Under the pieces are notes generated by a model that was given only the letters and a program-made list of their open reading frames with translations, was not told the origin of the DNA and searched no databases. From NCBI GenBank assembly GCA_051362555.1, contig CM120644.1, positions 17,816,534 to 17,880,533 of the forward strand: DNA of 64,000 bases. The letters are read 5' to 3'. This stretch comes from Lingula anatina. Taxonomy: Eukaryota > Animalia > Brachiopoda. The first letter of the stretch is position 1, and each line of letters begins with the position of its first letter. Both the position numbers and the translations under genes were made by a program. This document shows, piece by piece, positions 1 to 12,900 of the stretch.

Positions 1-406
1 TCATGTGAGGAACCCAGTGAATGAAAGAGAGCTGCTTTGCATTAACCCCAAACCCAAAACAGATCAGATCAAACTGGTACAGCCTCGTTCGTCTGATGAT
101 CCCTTCATCTTAATGGTAAAACAAATGATGGAAGCAAGTGAAAAGGAAGTCAGCTTTCCCATGGAGTTGTCCAAGAAGTTTGATAAGGGCAGTCAGGGGT
201 ACGAAAATTGGGTCATTGAAAATAAAAACGAAGCCGAGTGCCAAGCGCTTCATACACCTGAAATGCGTAATACAGTCATAACTTGTCGATTTCTGAGAGA
301 TCTGAATTCTGCTCTTATGCTGTACGATGACCTGAGAGGAAAAGATGCCCTGGAATTCCTAAGAAAAAAGATACTGGAAAATGATGACCGCAGTATTCAC
401 AGTAAG
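1..406 (+). CDS. RLR exon (end of Hel1 / Hel2i)
   Basis: Open frame from the window start (ORF 5-421), ending AAG|gtaagt, phase 0. Confidence 0.85.
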
Positions 407-1868
407 GTAAGTGAAACTTGAAGCCTTCGAAGCCAAGATTTTTCCACCATACACTCATATTAAGGTAGTAATTAACAGTAAATTGTCAAAATTTGGATGT
501 TTTTCTGAATTTGTCAGTATTACATAGATGAAATATCAACTACATATCAGCCTATCTTAAAATAATGGAAGTTTACAAATAAACCCGTAATTTTAGCCTT
601 ATTGCTGATTTACCCCTGTGGTAGCGTGTCTGAGTTTTAAAGTAGGTCACACTTGTCCATATATGTGTTTGATTGGCAGCTCCACTGTGCAGCTGTATAT
701 TTCCCATACTAGATTGCTGCTAAGCCTGTCACATTCTGTGAGTAACGTCGCGCTTTCACTTGCCAAACAATACTTTTCATTTTGAATTTATCAGTGAACT
801 TAATTCTGACGATCTATTAAAGCTTTAAAAAGCAGACATATAGATGAGACGTATATGGACAAAGGCACTCCCCCTAGGTGTCACGTGGTGAAGAAGGCTG
901 ACGTCACGACTAACATGGTGGCTGCTGTCAATGCATGGAGAGGGCCTCCGGTTGAAAATGTTCAATAATAATGTTGAAAATGGATGAAAGACATAGTGAC
1001 AGTTACATAGGCAGTGAGTAGAGGGCTGAACCAGTATAAATAACTAAATTTCTCAGCTTGCCAATGCAGCTCACTGATTATATAACGTTGGAATCTCCGG
1101 GGAGCACTAAAAGGCTGATTTCTCCGCTTCAGTTTATGGCTTCAAGAGAACGATTTAGACCAGTGTCAAAATTAATTAGAACTCTCAACCGATGAAAGCT
1201 GGTATTCATTCGTTAGATCTAAGGTTTGTCTGAAAGTATGTGTCTGGGATTTCATAACATCAGCTCCGTTTTCAACTTAGGCATGCTTTAGTTAGGCTAG
1301 GGGGTCTCGTTGAACTGGAAACCAAGTTTATTTTGATATCTCTGCTAATTTAACACATATCGCTAATTTGAGGCGCATTCTTGTTGATCCCTATGAGGGC
1401 TCATGAGTCAAGCTGTCTACACATGTCCATTTGTAGTGGACTTCTAGTTTTTAAGGTGTAAAGATCATGTTGAGCACACCTATTAAGCATTATATCTCAT
1501 TACGTAATGATTACATATTAAAATAAGGATATGAAATGAAGAGCAGTTGAAAAAAGCTTTCTATTGATATGTAACATGTTGGTATATCTTGGCCGGTTTA
1601 GAAGATAGCTACCCATGTTATCTACATCCTTAAATGAATTTTTCCAGGGTAAACAACATGTCCCCCCCCCCCCCCCCCCCCAAGTTACCAACCTTTAATC
1701 TTCCTTTTCTGACATTTGCCATAACTCTGCAAAAAACGAAATATTGAAAAAAAAAACAAAAGATCAAAACCTGTGCTTTAAGGAGACTTTGGTGCAGGAC
1801 CTGACTCAAGAACATGCATTATTTTCAAACTGTGTCAAGATGATTGACTACTGAGGTTGGCAAGAACA

Positions 1869-1919
<51 letters not shown>

Positions 1920-4900
1920 TTTTTTGCCACCTTGATTAAGGCCATTTATCTGTTAATACATATTTTAAATGTTTTAATTGTCCTTGGGTAAGTTAAAAAA
2001 GAAGCGATTCATGCACTAAGATTGCGTTCAAAATCTTGGCTTGGATTGCGTTTAGTGTTTACTCGAAAATTTTATTTTGTACATCCTGATGTATCAAAAT
2101 GTAATCTGAAATTTCTGATAAGTCAACTGTCAAAAGTTAATGGCAGTATTATTATTTTTTAATTATTGGGATATGAGGTTATAGGAGGTAGGTGAAATTT
2201 ATGAAATATATAGATTCTGAAATAATATATATTAGTAAGCAATATTGAGATTGATTTACCAACAAACTCATAATCTTAAAAAAGAGCACTGGTTTTTTAT
2301 ATTAAACATATTTGGTCATGTATTAATGAAAGGAATTATTTTTTCACAGTCACCTGAGGTAGAAACAAAGTTAAAGGGAAGGTTTATGAGCCAGTATAGA
2401 AGACTGCAATCCCATTGTGAGGCAGAGTCTCCAACATCAAATAAAATGCTGGAAGAGTTGTACAGGCTGCTAACTGAACAGTTTGAAAAAAATCCAGAAT
2501 CTAGGGGTGTGTTATGGTTTGATAATTTAAACTTTATTATTTTAGGTTTATTTTTTGTTCCTTTTTTCATTTTAAACAGACCTAGGTCATCTTATCCAAA
2601 GGTGTCTCTGATACACAATTCAAAACAATTGGTGCAAATATTTATATATTTGTTTTTTAACAAAGTTGCTCTAAGTTTATTGTTTAAATTCTAAGATCCC
2701 CAAAAGCATCAGAATCTGAAACATGAGCGAGTATGAACATAAAATTAATATAATCTCCTGTAATACATATTTTAATTCTGCATCTTTCGTGTTACAGGAA
2801 TCGTCCTAATTAGAACCAGAGAAGGTTGCTCTGCCCTTGAGAGGTGCATTGAGGAGAATGTTGACCCGAGATTGGTGCGTGTGGGGAGGATGACGGGGCA
2901 GAGCGGAGACACCAGTATGACCGATGTCCAGCAGCAGAAAGTGATCAAGGCCTTCAAAAAAGGTCCCCTTTTTTTTCTATTTTTTCCCACCAAGTTGAAA
3001 CTTTATAATTAAGATGTCCTGCAAATGCACCAGCCCCGTAGCCAGCAATTTCAAAAGTGAGATTCTTTTTCTGAAAAGGTGGGCCTTATACCATGAAACC
3101 TTAGTGTACCTAGATAAAATTTTACCTAGCGGGGACCTTTTCCTGGCAAGTACAGGGTTTAACCCCCCCCCCTCCCAAAAAAAATGGCTGCAGGCCTGTG
3201 TACATTACCCTGAGTGTCAGAGCAACGTGAAAGTTAGTTTGTTTAATATTTAATATACCTTGGAGTCACTTTCACTAGCTCTGACGAACAGTGACAACCT
3301 GAGGGCGTTCTTCTTCAAAATTTTGCCTGGGGCGCTTCCATATTTGGAAGTCACACGTCACAGCTGTGTCCGCCTGGATCCATATTTGGAAGTCATAAGT
3401 CTCGTACGTCACAGGTTTGGCCGCCTGGAGCTGCCTTTCCCGCCTTGCGCTGACATAATCTCGTGCAGACGAGACAAGAATCAAAGTGTCTGACGCGGAT
3501 TTAGAAGTTTGAATTGAAAATATCTTGCAGTCGAAGGTCAGTGCCACAATACAAGCAACATTCTGCTTTAAAAATTGATTTTGGTGTAGCCATTGCACAG
3601 CCCTTATAGTGGTATCGGGTGTAGCTGTCAAACTTGGCACACGGCAAGCACGTGTATTGTATCTCAGGACTAAATGTTCTTTGATAAGCAAAAAATACAA
3701 AAACATTGGATATACCTTTTTCTTTAAGAAACATATTATTTATTTCTCACTTTAAATATCTTAAATACAGCAAATAAAATTAAATAAAGCAGAATTAAAT
3801 CTGTTTTACGTTTCATTTTGGTCTGATGACATTCAACTGCAGATTCACTGCGGAGCCATTCTATTTGATTGACGGGTGCCTAACATGGTCGCTGTGCACT
3901 AGAGCCTGGTATTGCGACATGGGTTATATATGAAATCAAGATCGAGCTGGCAATACCTGAATCTAGAACCTAGGGTAGTGTACATAGGCTTGCTTAGAGG
4001 GATAAAGTCTAAGATTGTAAACAGTCAAATTTTTACTGAAAGGTACATAAAGTATACCACGTACCTCTTACATAAGGATGAGTAATACTGTGTGATAATT
4101 TTCTAACAGATAGATAATATAAATTGATGTCACCAAAAATAATCTAAATGTAGTCCAATGTAAGTAATAATATAATAATTTATATTATAAAAATTTAATG
4201 TAATGTTAATTAAAATAATGTAAATCCCAACTTACCACGCCACCTGTCAGTCATATAATTATATAATTTCTAGAGTATTAAATTCTGATGGCAGCATTTA
4301 TGCACAATAATGATAACAGCTACTATGATCATTATTGTGTATGTGTGTGTGATATTATGGATTTATATTGCATTTATCAAATTTTCCTTTAATGTAGTAA
4401 AATGCATTTATTTCAACAGGTCTGGCTAAACCTGATGGAATAAACCTTCTTGTTGCCACAGATGTCGCACAGGAGGGTTTAGATATCCCAAAATGCAACT
4501 TGATGATTCGGTACAACTTTGTTAGCAACGAGATTGGCACGGTTCAATCGAAAGGTCGTGCAAGGGCCAAGGAGAGCGAGTGTTATCTCATTGTGCCAGA
4601 TGGTTCTATCAATGCTGACAGAGAGTTTAAGAACATGAACAAGGAGCATGCCATGTTGGAGGCACTGAAAGACTTTGACAAACTGGACCCTGAGGAAGTG
4701 AGGAGAAATATTAAGGAGAAACAGGTAGGACAATTAAAGATAATTATAGATATAGTATCATTTGCCTGTATTGTTTGATGTGTTTATATGATGATCACCA
4801 AAGGTTTTAACAATCATTATATTAATATCATTTTTGTCTCCTCCTAATAATTCACCTGTTGTGAAATAATCGCGTTTTCTCAGGCTTTAGCCACTTCTTG

Positions 4901-7900
4901 CAAGAATTAAAAAAAAAATGGAAGCAGTCTTGGTCCCGGACATTGATATGATAAGCTCGGAGACTCTCTAGTACATTCCCACTTGTGTCAGTGTCGGTGG
5001 CTTCTGGTGGGGTCTGCATTTCTCCTTTTTATGTACAGACACAGATGTGTCTGTACATATAGCCATCATCTGCGTCTGTCGTCGTCGCCGTCGCCGTCGC
5101 CGTGCACTTTTACCGATAACACGATAAGTGGAAAACCATTTTGCCTTTTGATTTGAAACTTGCAGAACTGATGAATATTCATAATACGCAGGTCAAGTTC
5201 GAAAATCAGCATGATCGGGTCACTCTTAGGGAATTTATGCTGTTTTTTCACTTTTTTCAACATATATGCAGCACCGATAACACAATAAGTGGAAAACCAT
5301 TGTACCTTTTGGCTTGAAACTTACAGTACTGATGAATATTCATAATACGCAGGTCGAGTTCGAAAATCAGCATGATCGGGTCACTTATAAGGAATTTATG
5401 CTGTTTTTTCACTTTTTTCAGCATATATGCAGCACCGATAACACGATAAGTGGAAAACCATTTTACTTTTTGGCTTGAAACTTACAGAACTGATGAATAT
5501 ACATAATACGCAGGTCAAGTTCGAAAATCAGCACGATTGGGTCATTTTTAGTGAATTTAGGCTATTTTTTCTCTTTTTTCAGCATATATGCAGCACGGAT
5601 AACACCATAAATGGAAAACCATTTGACCTTTTGGCTTGAAACCTACAGAACTGATGAATATTCATAATACGCAGGTCAAGTTCGAAAATCAGCATGATTG
5701 GGTCAGCATTTTTGCAACACTGATAACACAATATAAGAAAAACAGATTGGCCAATTGTCATTATACTCACAGGAGGGGCCAATCTTACTAAAACGCAGGT
5801 TGAGTTTGAAAATCAGCATAATCAGTCCATTATTTTAAAAGGTAATGCTGTTTTTTCACATTTCCTCACATTCAATTCTTAGGCATGTTAACAGTCTCAT
5901 TATTGAACTAATAAGATACATAAATGTGTTTGTTTGGCATTTCCTGCATCTTTACAACATTGTTAGTTGATTTTGTAAAAATGATGGTAAACTTGTTATC
6001 ATGTATTGTGTAATAAAGTGTCAAAAATGGAAATAAACTCATATCATTGCAGTTTGTCAGATGCATTCATCCACTTTGTTCAGAATCTCAGAATGGAGGA
6101 AGTTGGGCATTTAAAACTGTTCTATTGATACTTTTCCCATCTCATCAATTTTCTTCATTGGTCATATAAAAATGGCAGTAAACTGTTTATTTTGTTTTAT
6201 GTTTAAAAAGTGTTAAAAATGGAAATAAACCCATTTCAGAACAGTGCTGTATTGTTTACATTTTGGCATTTTCAATATGTGACTTTGAAGTTCCATGGGT
6301 CTGAAGGCTTTGCTAGTCACATTTTCTGAATAACCATGATACTAATATTTTATAATTAAAAATTGATGGTCATTATGCTGTAAAACATTATGTAATATTG
6401 CATGAAAATTTGAAGAAACCCCTATTTTGGGCACTGCTCCCATGATGACCATTTAAGGAAAATCATGTCACTTACTGTTCTCAAACTTACAGGAAAGAAA
6501 CATGGGACTAAAATACAGCTCCAGTAGGCAATGCAGTCTGTTTGGTAAATTTTTCTGGCAATTAAACAGTTTTTTGTAAGAATTTAATTTTTCACTTATT
6601 GGCATTTTCAAGGTGTGACTTTGAAGTTCCATGATCCTGAAGACCTTTGCTTGTCACATTTCCTGAATATCTGTGATACTAATATTTTATAATTAAAAAT
6701 TGATGGTCATTATGCTGTTAAACATTATGTAATGTTGCATCAAAATTTGAAGAAACCCCTAATTTGGGCACTGCTCCCATGATGACCATTTAACAAAAAT
6801 CATGTCAATTACTGTTCTCAAACTTACAGGAAAGAAACATGGGTCTAAAATACAGCTTCAGTAGGCAATGCAGTCTGTTTGGTAAATTTTTCTGGCAATT
6901 AAACAGTTTTTTGTGAAAATTTAATTTTTATGTACAGACACAGATGTGTCTGTACATATAGCCGTCATCTGTGTCTGTCGTCGCCGTTGCCGTCGTTGCT
7001 GTCGGCGCCGTCGCCGTGCACTTTTACTGATAACACAATAAGTGGAAAACTGTTTTTTCTTTTTGTTTGAAATTTACAGAACTGATAAATATTCATAATA
7101 CGCAGGTCAAGTTCGAAAATCAGCATGATCAGGTCACTTATAGGGAATTTATGCTGTTTTTTCACTTTTTTCAGCATATATGCAGCACCGATAACACGAT
7201 AAGTGGAAAACCATTTTACTTTTTGGCTTGAAACTTACAGAACTGATGAATATACTTAATACGCAGGTCAAGTTCGAAAATCAGCGTGATTGGGTCATTT
7301 TTAGTGAATTTAGGCTATTTTTTTATGTACAGACACAGATGTGTCTGTACATATAGCCATCATCTGCGTCTGTCGTCGCCGTCGTCGCCGTCGCCGTGCA
7401 CTTTTACCGATAACACGATAAGTGGAAAACCATTTTGCCTTTTGATTTGAAACTTGCAGAACTGATGAATATTCATAATACGCAGGTCAAGTTCGAAAAT
7501 CAGCATGATCAGGTCACTTATAGGGAATTTATGCTGTTTTTTCACTTTTTTCAGCATATATGCAGCACCGATAACACGATAAGTGGAAAACCATTTTACT
7601 TTTTGGCTTGAAACTTACAGAACTGATGAATATACTTAATACGCAGGTCAAGTTCGAAAATCAGCGTGATTGGGTCATTTTTAGTGAATTTAGGCTATTT
7701 TTTTATGTACAGACACAGATGTGTCTGTACATATAGCCATCATCTGCGTCTGTCGTCGCCGTCGTCGCCGTCGCCGTGCACTTTTACCGATAACACGATA
7801 AGTGGAAAACCATTTTGCCTTTTGATTTGAAACTTGCAGAACTGATGAATATTCATAATACGCAGGTCAAGTTCGAAAATCAGCATAATCGGGTCACTCT

Positions 7901-9900
7901 TAGGGAATTTATGCTGTTTTTTCACTTTTTTCAACATATATGCAGCACCGATAACACGATAAGTGGAAAACCATTGTACCTTTTGGCTTGAAACTTACAG
8001 TACTGATGAATATTCATAATACGCAGGTCGAGTTTGAAAATCAGCATGATCGGGTCACTTATAGGGAATTTATGCTGTTTTTTCACTTTTTACAGCATAT
8101 ATGCAGCACCAATAACACGATAAGTGGAAAACCATTTTACCTTTTGGCTTGAAACTTACAGAACTGATGAATATACATAATACGCAGGTCAAGTTTGAAA
8201 ATCAGCGTGATTGGGTCATTTTTATGTACAGACACAGATGTGTCTGTACATATAGCCGTCATCTGCGTCTGTCGTCGCCGTCGTTGCCGTCGTCGCCGTC
8301 GCCGTGCACTTTTACCGATAACACGATTAGTGGAAAACTGTGTTTTCTTTTTGTTTGAAACTTACAGAACTGATGAATATTCATAATACGCAGGTCGAGT
8401 TCGAAAATCAGCATGATCGGGTCACTTATAGGGAATTTATGCTGTTTTTTCACTTTTTTCAGCATATATGCAGCACCGATAACACGATAAGTGGAAAACC
8501 ATTTTACCTTTTGGCTTGAAACTTACAGAACTGATGAATATACATAATACGCAGGTCAAGTTCGAAAATCAGCGTGATTGGGTCATTTTTAGTGAATTAA
8601 GGCTATTTTTTCTCTTTTTTCAGCATATATGCAGCACCGATAACACGATAAGTGGAAAACCATTTTACCTTTTGGCTTGAAACTTACAGAACTGATAAAT
8701 ATTCATAATACGCAGGTCGAGTTCGAAAATCAGCACGATCGGGTCACTTATAGGGAATTTAAGCTGTTTTTATGTACAGACACAGATGTCTGTACATATA
8801 GCCATCATCTGCGTCTGTCGTCGCCGTCGTCGCTGTCGCCGTCGCCGTCGCCGTCGCCGTGCACTTTTACCGATAACACGATAAGTGGAAAACCATTTTG
8901 CCTTTTGATTTGAAACTTGCAGAACTGATGAATATTCATAATACGCAGGTCAAGTTCGAAAATCAGCTTGATCGGGTCACTCTTAGGGAATTTATGCTGT
9001 TTTTTCACTTTTTTCAACATATATGCAGCACCGATAACACGATAAGTGGAAAACCATTGTACCTTTTGGCTTGAAACTTACAGTACTGATGAATATTCAT
9101 AATACGCAGGTCGAGTTTGAAAATCAGCATGATCGGGTCACTTATAGGGAATTTATGCTGTTTTTTCACTTTTTACAGCATATATGCAGCACCGATAACA
9201 CGATAAGTGGAAAACCATTTTACCTTTTGGCTTGAAACTTACAGAACTGATGAATATACATAATACGCAGGTCAAGTTTGAAAATCAGCGTGATTGGGTC
9301 ATTTTTATGTACAGACACAGATGTGTCTGTACATATAGCCGTCATCTGCGTCTGTCGTCGCCGTCGTTACCGTCGTCGCCGTCGCCGTGCACTTTTACCG
9401 ATAACACGATTAGTGGAAAACTGTTTTTTCTTTTTGTTTGAAACTTACAGAACTGATGAATATTCAAAATACGCAGGTCGAGTTCGAAAATCAGCATGAT
9501 CGGGTCACTTATAGGGAATTTATGCTGTTTTTTCACTTTTTTCAGCATATATGCAGCACCGATAACACGATAAGTGGAAAACCATTTTACCTTTTGGCTT
9601 GAAACTTACAGAACTGATGAATATACATAATACGCAGGTCAAGTTCGAAAATCAGCGTGATTGGGTCATTTTTAGTGAATTAAGGCTATTTTTTCTCTTT
9701 TTTCAGCATATATGCAGCACCGATAACACGATAAGTGGAAAACCATTTTACCTTTTGGCTTGAAACTTACAGAACTGATAAATATTCATAATACGCAGGT
9801 CGAGTTCGAAAATCAGCAGGATCGGGTCACTTATAGGGAATTTAAGCTGTTTTTATGTACAGACACAGATGTCTGTACATATAGCCATCATCTGCGTCTG

Positions 9901-9931
<31 letters not shown>

Positions 9932-12900
9932 GCACTTTTACCGATAACACGATAAGTGGAAAACCATTTTGCCTTTTGATTTGAAACTTGCAGAACTGAT
10001 GAATATTCATAATACGCAGGTCAAGTTCGAAAATCAGCTTGATCGGGTCACTCTTAGGGAATTTATGCTGTTTTTTCACTTTTTTCAACATATATGCAGC
10101 ACCGATAACACGATAAGTGGAAAACCATTGTACCTTTTGGCTTGAAACTTACAGAACTGATGAATATTCATAATACGCAGGTCGAGTTCGAAAATCAGCA
10201 TGATCGGGTCACTTATAGGGAATTTATGCTGTTTTTTCACTTTTTTCAGCATATATGCAGCACCGATAACACAATAAGTGGAAAACCATTTTACCTTTTG
10301 GCTTGAAACTTACAGAACTGATGAATATACATAATACGCAGGTCAAGTTCGAAAATCAGCGTGATTGGGTCATTTTTAGTGAATTTAGGCTATTTTTTCT
10401 CTTTTTTCAGCATATATGCAGCACGGATAACACCATAAATGGAAAACCATTTGACCTTTTGGCTTGAAACCTACAGAACTGATGAATATTCATAATACGC
10501 AGGTCAAGTTCGAAAATCAGCATGATTGGGTCATTTTTAGTGAATTTAGGCTATTTTTTCACTTTTTTTCAGCATTTTTGCAACACTGATAACACAATAA
10601 ATGAAGAGCTGTTTTACCCTTTGGCTTGAAACTTACAGAACTGATAAATATTCATAATACGCAGGTCAAGTTCGAAAATCAGCACGATCGGGTCACTTAT
10701 AGGGAATTTATGCTGTTTTTTTTTTCACTTTTTTCAGTATATATGCAACACTGATAACACAATATAAGAAAAACAGATTGGCCAATTGTCATTATACTCA
10801 CAGGAGGGGCCAATCTTACTAAAATGCAGGTTGAGTTTGAAAATCAGCGTAATCAGTCCATTATTTTAAAAGGTAATGCTGTTTTTTCACATTTCCTCAC
10901 ATTCAATTCTTAGGCATGTTAACAGTCTCATTATTGAACTAATAAGATACGTAAATTTGTTTGTTTGGCATTTCCTGCATCTTTACAACATTGTTAGTTG
11001 ATTTTGTAAAAATGATGGTAAACTTGTTATCATGTATTGTGTAATAAAGTGTCAAAAATGGAAATAAACTCATATCATTGCAGTTTGTCAGATGTATTCA
11101 TCCACTATGTTCAGAATCTCAGAATGGAGGAAGTTGGACATTTAAAACTGTTCTATTGATACTTTTCCCATCTCATCAATTTTCTTCATTGGTCATATAA
11201 AAATGGCAGTAAACTGTTTATGTTGTTTTATGTTTAAAAAGTGTTAAAAATGGAAATAAACCCATTTCAGAACAGTGCTGTATTGTTTACATTTTGGCAT
11301 TTTCAATATGTGACTTTGAAGTTCCATGGGCCTGAAGGCTTTTGCTAGTCACATTTTCTGAATAACCATGATACTAATATTTTATAATTAAAAATTGATG
11401 GTCATTATGCAGTAAAACATTATGTAATATTGCATGAAAATTTGAAGAAACCCCTATTTTGGGCACTGCTCCCATGATGACCATTTAAGGAAAATCATGT
11501 CACTTACTGTTCTCAAACTTACAGGAAAGAAACATGGGACTAAAATACAGCTCCAGTAGGCAATGCAGTCTGTTTGGTAAATTTTTCTGGCAATTAAACA
11601 GTTTTTTGTGAAAATTTAATTTTTCACTTATTGGCATTTTCAAGGTGTGACTTTGAAGTTCCATGATCCTGAAGACCTTTGCTTGTCACATTTCCTGAAT
11701 ATCCATGATACTAATATTTTATTATTAAAAATTGATGGTCATTATGCTGTTAAACATTATGTAATGTTGCATCAAAATTTGAAGAAACCCCTATTTTGGG
11801 CACTGCTCCCATGATGACCATTTAACAAAAATCATGTCAATTACTGTTCTCAAACTTACAGGAAAGAAACGTGGGTCTAAAATACAGCTTCAGTAGGCAA
11901 TGCAGTCTGTTTGGTAAATTTTTCTGGCAATTAAACAGTTTTTTGTGAAAATTTAATTTTTCACATATTGGCATTTCCAAGGTGTGACTTAGAACCTCCA
12001 CGGGCTTGAAGACCCGTGCTAGTCACATTTTGTGAAAATCCATGACACTTATATTTTATTATTAAAAATCGATGGTCATTATGCTGTTAAGCATTATGTA
12101 ATGTTGCATCAAAATAGAAGAAAACAATTTTTGGTGCTGCTGCCTTGATGACCATTATGGAAAAACCGTGTTACTTATAACTGTCAAACTTTCAAAAAAG
12201 AAACACAGGACTAAAATGCAGCCTGAGTTAGAAAAGCAGTCTAATTGGCTTCTTTTTCTGGAAGCTATACATTTTAGTGTTATATTCATTATCTTTTTTG
12301 GCATATTCATTGTGGGACTCGGAGCTCCCATGGACATGAAGCCAAATGGTAATCATATTTTCTACATGTCCATCCTATTTATAGTCAATAAACAAAAATT
12401 GATGATAATTATTCTCTAATTTATTATGTAATGTTACATCAAAATTGACAATCTTTTTGCACTGCTACTGCAAACATTATGAAAAGAAAACTGTGCTACT
12501 TATTATAATTTTAAACTTACAAGTACGATTTTTAGGATTGGCCTTCAGCTCATGAGAAAACCAGCTCTATTGGATTATCATGTTTATTGTATTTATGCAT
12601 TTTTTGTGAAATTTTCATTTTTCTCATTCTGGCACTTTCTAAGTATAAACTTGAACTCTGATGGGCCTGAAGCCTTATGCTTTTACTTTCGTCTGTGTTA
12701 CCTGTTGTGCATAAGTTGATGTTGACATAATGTATTATTGCATCAGGATTGGTAGTCTCCTATTTTGGGCATTATGGTTTTGTGCTTTTCTTTAGGTGTG
12801 ACTTATGGGCCTGAAGACCTTTGAGTGGGTCAGTCTGTAAATTACACTTGGGTATCACTAGATTAATTTCAGAGTTATAAAGTCATTTGCTTTAATAGGC

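Noticed and set aside
460-1490. Possible DNA transposon remnants in the first RLR introns (also about 3260-4070)
   Set aside because: Composition is TE-like, but I could not define matching termini or a TSD.
5066-10091. Family of repeated short ORFs (MLKKVKKQHKFP...; MKLTELMNIH...)
   Set aside because: They are translations of the 161-bp repeat and microsatellite of the non-coding element, with no splice or domain support.
5100-10800. CRISPR-like or phage-like repeat array
   Set aside because: Units are contiguous 161-bp repeats with no unique spacers, there are no cas genes, and the context is a eukaryotic intron.
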